Positions 60,167 to 64,000 of a stretch of DNA of 64,000 nucleotides are shown here, one piece after another. Position numbers and translations under genes: made by a program. The number at the start of each line of letters is the position of its first letter. Position 1 is the stretch's first letter. The notes beneath the pieces were generated by a model that saw nothing but the letters and a program-made list of their open reading frames with translations, was not told where the DNA came from and searched no databases. The DNA comes from an uncultured virus (IMG/VR IMGVR_UViG_3300024268_004105) (Duplodnaviria; Heunggongvirae; Uroviricota; Caudoviricetes), in IMG/VR virus record IMGVR_UViG_3300024268_004105. One strand, given 5' to 3'.

Positions 60167-60418
60167 TTACATATCAAATAATTCTTTTACATCTATATTT
60201 AGTAATGAGGCAATTGCATATAATTCATTAAGTCTTATATGACCTTTTCGTATACGTTGGGACCACGCACCATCAGATATATCTAACGCTTGTGCAACTT
60301 GATGTTGTGTTATATGCTCGTCTTTCAAAGTTTTTTCAATTTGAGCAATAAAATTATTCATTTTTCGTTCATTTAAGGCTTTTATTTTCTCCTCATTTGT
60401 TAAATATACTTTTGGCAT
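60167..60418 (-). CDS. Small HTH protein
   Basis: ITQHQVAQALDISDGAWSQRI. Confidence 0.7.
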   Translation of the reverse strand: MPKVYLTNEEKIKALNERKMNNFIAQIEKTLKDEHITQHQVAQALDISDGAWSQRIRKGHIRLNELYAIASLLNIDVKELFDM

Positions 60419-60460
60419 ATTAGTCCTTTCATTCGTTCATTTACTACATTTAGATTTTCA

Positions 60461-60691
60461 TTACATAAAAAATTCCCCAATTGATTCTTTTGGAATCTTC
60501 AAAAATTCGAAAATCTTTACAAGTTCGTCATATGTAAAAACAAGCTTTTTTATTTTTCTGGAAACAGTCGGTTGTGAAATATTTAATAATTTTGCTATTT
60601 CGCACTGCTTTTGCTTCTTTAAACAAACAAATAAATGTTCGTATGCACGTTCTTTTGCTGTTAAAGTTTTAACATATGGCATAAATTCCAC
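60461..60691 (-). CDS. Small HTH protein
   Basis: KQCEIAKLLNISQPTVSRKI. Confidence 0.7.
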   Translation of the reverse strand: MEFMPYVKTLTAKERAYEHLFVCLKKQKQCEIAKLLNISQPTVSRKIKKLVFTYDELVKIFEFLKIPKESIGEFFM

Positions 60692-60774
60692 CTCTTTTCT
60701 TATTGATTAGCAATATGTTTATATTTATACTTGTAAAGTATAAATATTCTTGCTATGCGTAGTATAGCAAGAAT

Positions 60775-61117
60775 TGTAGACTAATTGTCTACATCTTTCG
60801 CAAAAAAAATTTCATTTGCTTCTTCTGGTTCAATATTAAGAATCTCAATTAGTGCGGATGCCTCAGATACTAAAAAATCGTTTTTATTATAAATTTTTTG
60901 TCTTAGAGTTTGGATAGAAATTTTTAGTTGTTCTGCAATATACTTCTTTTTTAATCCACTTTGAATAATCTTATCTTCAAGTTTACTAGAATTTATCATT
61001 TTACACTCCTTCCATTTTGTAGACATATTGTCTACATCAATAATATTTCATTGTAGACATATTGTCAACATATTTCTTCAAATTATTGTAGAATTTTTTT
61101 CTACAAGGTATTATAAT
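60775..61117. promoter_or_regulatory. Divergent promoters with four operators TGTAGA-N7-TCTACA
   Basis: Operators at 60775, 61018, 61052 (one mismatch) and 61087; leftward promoter TTGACA(61068-61063)-17 bp-TATTAT. Confidence 0.8.
60781..60999 (-). CDS. Cro-like HTH protein
   Basis: KYIAEQLKISIQTLRQKI..DF...E; divergent from the repressor; start 60999 behind AAGGAG. Confidence 0.8.
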   Translation of the reverse strand: MINSSKLEDKIIQSGLKKKYIAEQLKISIQTLRQKIYNKNDFLVSEASALIEILNIEPEEANEIFFAKDVDN

Positions 61118-61146
61118 AAATGAAAGTAATAAAAAAGGAGAGCTTT

Positions 61147-61512
61147 ATGACCATCGGCGAACGAATTAAGCGAAAAAGAATTGAATTAAATCTAACGCAA
61201 GATGAACTAGCACAAAGAGTAGGTTATAAATCACGTTCATCAATAAATAAAATTGAATCAGCACGTGATTTACCACTAGCAAAAGTTAATTTAATGGCAA
61301 ATGCTCTTAATACTACTCCTGCATATTTACTTGGTTGGGAAAGTTTAAATAATTCAAATACGAATATAACTGATAAAACGTTTGTAATTGCTAATAAAAT
61401 AGCTTCAAATAAAGAATTAGAACAATTGTTTAATATTTTATGTACTGCTTCACAAGAAGAAATAAAAGCCACATACAATATGTTAATAGTTTTAAAAAAG
61501 AAAGATAAATAA
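61147..61512 (+). CDS. CI/ImmR-like XRE repressor
   Basis: MTIGERIK.KR.EL.LTQ.ELA.RVGYKSRSSINKIE; AAGGAG RBS. Confidence 0.85.
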   Translation: MTIGERIKRKRIELNLTQDELAQRVGYKSRSSINKIESARDLPLAKVNLMANALNTTPAYLLGWESLNNSNTNITDKTFVIANKIASNKELEQLFNILCTASQEEIKATYNMLIVLKKKDK

Positions 61513-61522
61513 AGGAAATTCT

Positions 61523-62491
61523 ATGAAGATTGAAAAACGCTCCAAAAATTCATACAGAGTTAGAAAAATGATAGATAAAAAAATATATACGTTTAATTTT
61601 GATCATAAACCAACGCAAAAAGAAATAATGTATGCAATAGAAAACAGAAAAGAAAATGTACATTACGGTTATACATTAATTAATTGTGCTAACAATTATA
61701 TTAAAATCAAATCCAATGTACTATCTGCTTCTACCTTAAGAGGTTATAATGGGTTAATAAAGCAATTTTCCGATAATCTTGCAAATAAAGATATCGGCGA
61801 TATAACACAAATAGATATTCAAGTAGAAATTAACGAATACTCAAAAACACATTCACCTAAGAGTACACGTAACTACCATTCTTTTATATCTACTGTTTTG
61901 GCTCTATATCGCCCTGATTTCGTGCTAAAAACTACTCTGCCTAAAATAATGCCTAAAGAGGATTATATCCCCACAGATGAGGATATACAGGCTATAAAAG
62001 AAGCTGCAGTTGGAACTGAATTTCAAATTCCTTTTCTTTTGGCATGTCATGGATTACGTCGTTCTGAAATATGTGCTTTAACTTTAGATGACCTAGAAGG
62101 AAACACTCTTCATATTAACAAAGCAAAAGTACAAGATTCAAATAAACAATGGGTAATTAAATCTACAAAAACCGCATCTTCTACAAGAGAAATAGTATTA
62201 GATGATAGTATTATAGATTTAATCATGGAAAAAGGATATATTTTTAATGGATATCCAAATCAAATTTATAAATGGCTTGTTAAAACACAAAAAGAATTAA
62301 ACATTGAACATTTTAGTTTGCATAAGCTTCGACATTATTGTGTTTCTAAATTATCTGCAGAAGGTGTTCCTGATGTAGACATTATGGCTGTAGTTGGATA
62401 TAAAACAGATCATGTTATGAAACAAACTTATAGACATTCTATGGCTGATAAGACTAAAAAAAAGGAAATATTCAAGAAACTTGGTTTATAA
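61523..62491 (+). CDS. int: Tyrosine recombinase/integrase
   Basis: GLRRSEI; KT; HKLRH; terminal Y (QTYRH); adjacent to the att site. Confidence 0.93.
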   Translation: MKIEKRSKNSYRVRKMIDKKIYTFNFDHKPTQKEIMYAIENRKENVHYGYTLINCANNYIKIKSNVLSASTLRGYNGLIKQFSDNLANKDIGDITQIDIQVEINEYSKTHSPKSTRNYHSFISTVLALYRPDFVLKTTLPKIMPKEDYIPTDEDIQAIKEAAVGTEFQIPFLLACHGLRRSEICALTLDDLEGNTLHINKAKVQDSNKQWVIKSTKTASSTREIVLDDSIIDLIMEKGYIFNGYPNQIYKWLVKTQKELNIEHFSLHKLRHYCVSKLSAEGVPDVDIMAVVGYKTDHVMKQTYRHSMADKTKKKEIFKKLGL

Positions 62492-62508
62492 TAAATTCTT
62501 TTATATAC

Positions 62509-62544
62509 AAAAAGAACTGACTCAAAAGAATCAGTTCTTTTTTT
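62509..62544 (+). terminator. Intrinsic terminator after the integrase
   Basis: AAAAGAACTGA..TCAGTTCTTTT hairpin plus T-run. Confidence 0.75.
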
Positions 62545-62564
62545 ATTAAATAATTCCGGAAATA

Positions 62565-62615
62565 AAGGACAAATTTTGGACAAATTATTTATCAAATGGA
62601 CGAATATGGACAAAT
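62565..62615 (+). promoter_or_regulatory. Putative integrase arm-type sites
   Basis: Four (T/A)GGAC(A/G)AAT repeats. Confidence 0.65.
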
Positions 62616-62730
62616 TTTTTCTTTTAATTTTCTAAATATTTTTAGTTTTTCTTAATTATTTTTCACCTTATAAGCGTGTATTTTACGCGGTTTGTTTGTG
62701 ATTGTCGCGTTAAATCGACAAATCTTCCAA

Positions 62731-62755
62731 AAAGCTAGCGACGGGAATCGAACCC
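62731..62755. repeat. att core, right copy
   Basis: Identical to 1699-1723; overlaps the tRNA 3' end. Confidence 0.95.
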
Positions 62756-62805
62756 GTGACCTCCTCACTACCAATGAGGTGCGCTACCGACTGTGCCACG
62801 CCAGC
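62733..62805 (-). tRNA. tRNA-Thr(GGT)
   Basis: GCTGGCG acceptor stem; anticodon arm CCTCA-TTGGTAG-TGAGG; GGTTCGATTCC T-arm; no encoded CCA. Confidence 0.95.
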
Positions 62806-62964
62806 AAATATTACTGAGTAAGTATAACAAAGATTAAGGTAATAATCAAATAGCGTGTGATAAATGGATGTCTTTAGTCTCCATTTTTATTACAGATAGG
62901 TGATACTTGCATTTGCAATTCATCGTTATTATTCATTTTTATATCCTCTTCAAACTTGAATTTA

Positions 62965-63273
62965 TCACTCTAAAGCCGTCAACCGTTCATTAAGGAATTG
63001 CTCTACACAATCTGCAAAGTCTAACTCCATTCTTTCGGCAAGAACGGCCAACCACCAGACACATTCGCCAATCTTGGAAGGAAGCAGTTCTTTATCTTCA
63101 CTTGGCCAGCGTCCCTGATTATCCATCGTAAATCTTCCGACCAATCCAGCATCAGTCAGAAAAGCTAACGCATCTTCTTCCACCGACCAGACAGAGCCGT
63201 GAATCTGCCTTTCCAAATCACGATAGCGGCTTCTTATTTCTGCTGACTGTGTACTCACATCTTTTAAATCCAT
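62965..63273 (-). CDS. MazG-like nucleotide pyrophosphohydrolase-domain protein (host)
   Basis: W.VEED.LAFLTDAG.VGR...KIGEC.WWL..LA. Confidence 0.7.
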   Translation of the reverse strand: MDLKDVSTQSAEIRSRYRDLERQIHGSVWSVEEDALAFLTDAGLVGRFTMDNQGRWPSEDKELLPSKIGECVWWLAVLAERMELDFADCVEQFLNERLTALE

Positions 63274-63337
63274 ATATCAACACCTCCATAAATCCCGATT
63301 TATCTATCTAACCAACTTATTGAACAACATCTCCATC

Positions 63338-63772
63338 TCACGTATTGATTCCACCAAATTCATATACATTTGTATAGCCCAAATCAGCTAGTTTCTGCGC
63401 TGCTTGCTTACTTCTATTTCCCGTCCTACAGTATACTAGTATAATCTGATCTAGGTCTTTTAATGGATCTGGTTGCGAAGTTCCAATACTTTCATTAGGT
63501 ATTAAAATTGCGCCTGCGATGTGTCCGCTATCATATTCATCCTGACGGCGTACATCTACAATAATGTGACCATCATCTCTTTTCATCATTTCTTTTGCTT
63601 CTTCTTGACTAATCTGTTTATAAGTTTTATTTTTTGCTGTCATATCCTTTTTCTCTTCATTTACACTCGTTAAGGTACTGGTATTAGCAGCATTATCTGC
63701 TTCTTTACTACATGAGCAACCTGCTAAAACAAGCATTACCGCTACAATTATCGTTATAAAGTATTTTTTCAT
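63338..63772 (-). CDS. Rhodanese-like lipoprotein (host)
   Basis: LAGC lipobox; DVR...EY..GHI.GA; YCRTGNRS. Confidence 0.88.
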   Translation of the reverse strand: MKKYFITIIVAVMLVLAGCSCSKEADNAANTSTLTSVNEEKKDMTAKNKTYKQISQEEAKEMMKRDDGHIIVDVRRQDEYDSGHIAGAILIPNESIGTSQPDPLKDLDQIILVYCRTGNRSKQAAQKLADLGYTNVYEFGGINT

Positions 63773-64000
63773 AAGCCATTTCCTCTAAATATGTTAATCT
63801 CACTGCAATTCTTATTTTAACACAAATAGGCGCGTTTCTGTTCCAATCATTGCCAGAACATTTATATCGTGCTTTGCAGTCTCATAGTTTGTCTAACCCC
63901 CCGTATATGTAAACACTATAATAAAAAAGCAGACCCTAAGGTCAATGTCATTAAGTTAAGATGACAAGACAAAGATCTCTATACCAGAAATGGTATAGGG

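Larger units (their letters stand above)
1699..62755. mobile_element. Integrative conjugative element (~61 kb) inserted at the 3' end of tRNA-Thr(GGT), with phage-like regulatory and replication modules
   Basis: 25-bp terminal direct repeats matching the tRNA 3' end; integrase next to the tRNA; relaxase, VirD4, VirB4 and VirB6 inside. Confidence 0.93.

Noticed and set aside
45076..62491. Intact prophage
   Set aside because: No terminase, portal, capsid, tail or lysis genes recognised; the att sites enclose the conjugation genes as well
63935..64000. Possible IS end at the window edge
   Set aside because: Only a short hairpin is visible; no transposase or partner inverted repeat within the window

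Overview
Low-GC Firmicutes DNA; the gene families suggest Lachnospiraceae/Clostridia, but that is inference. Almost the whole window (about 1699-62755, ~61 kb) is one integrated element. It sits at the 3' end of a tRNA-Thr(GGT) gene and is bounded by a perfect 25-bp direct repeat. Host genes flank it: a PIG-L deacetylase and a PAP2 phosphatase on the left, a MazG-like protein and a rhodanese on the right. The element looks like a phage-ICE chimera. Reading right to left it carries: a tyrosine integrase; a cI/cro-like switch with four operators; ParA/ParB; a phage-like early-gene block (Dcm, a poly-G-frameshifted Dam, pentapeptide, ASCH and GNAT proteins); a replication initiator with internal iterons; a toprim primase; two HipA-like kinases and a Fic enzyme; oriT, MobC and a MOBP relaxase; a Gram-positive T4SS (split VirD4, VirB2/B6/B3/B4-like, NlpC/P60); SpoVG, ArdC and TopB; and a Tad/Flp-like pilus locus ending in a large subtilase-adhesin. 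No virion structural genes were seen. Two non-coding systems stand out. (i) Twelve copies of a 27-bp palindrome, TAACTTCGGACA-N3-TGTCCGAAGTTA, cluster around oriT and bracket each Fic/HipA gene. (ii) Seven promoters share paired ACTTATAATA boxes 30-31 bp apart with a -10 hexamer at an invariant distance, which points to a transfer/pilus regulon with an unidentified activator. All product calls come from motif recognition by eye; no database searches were run.
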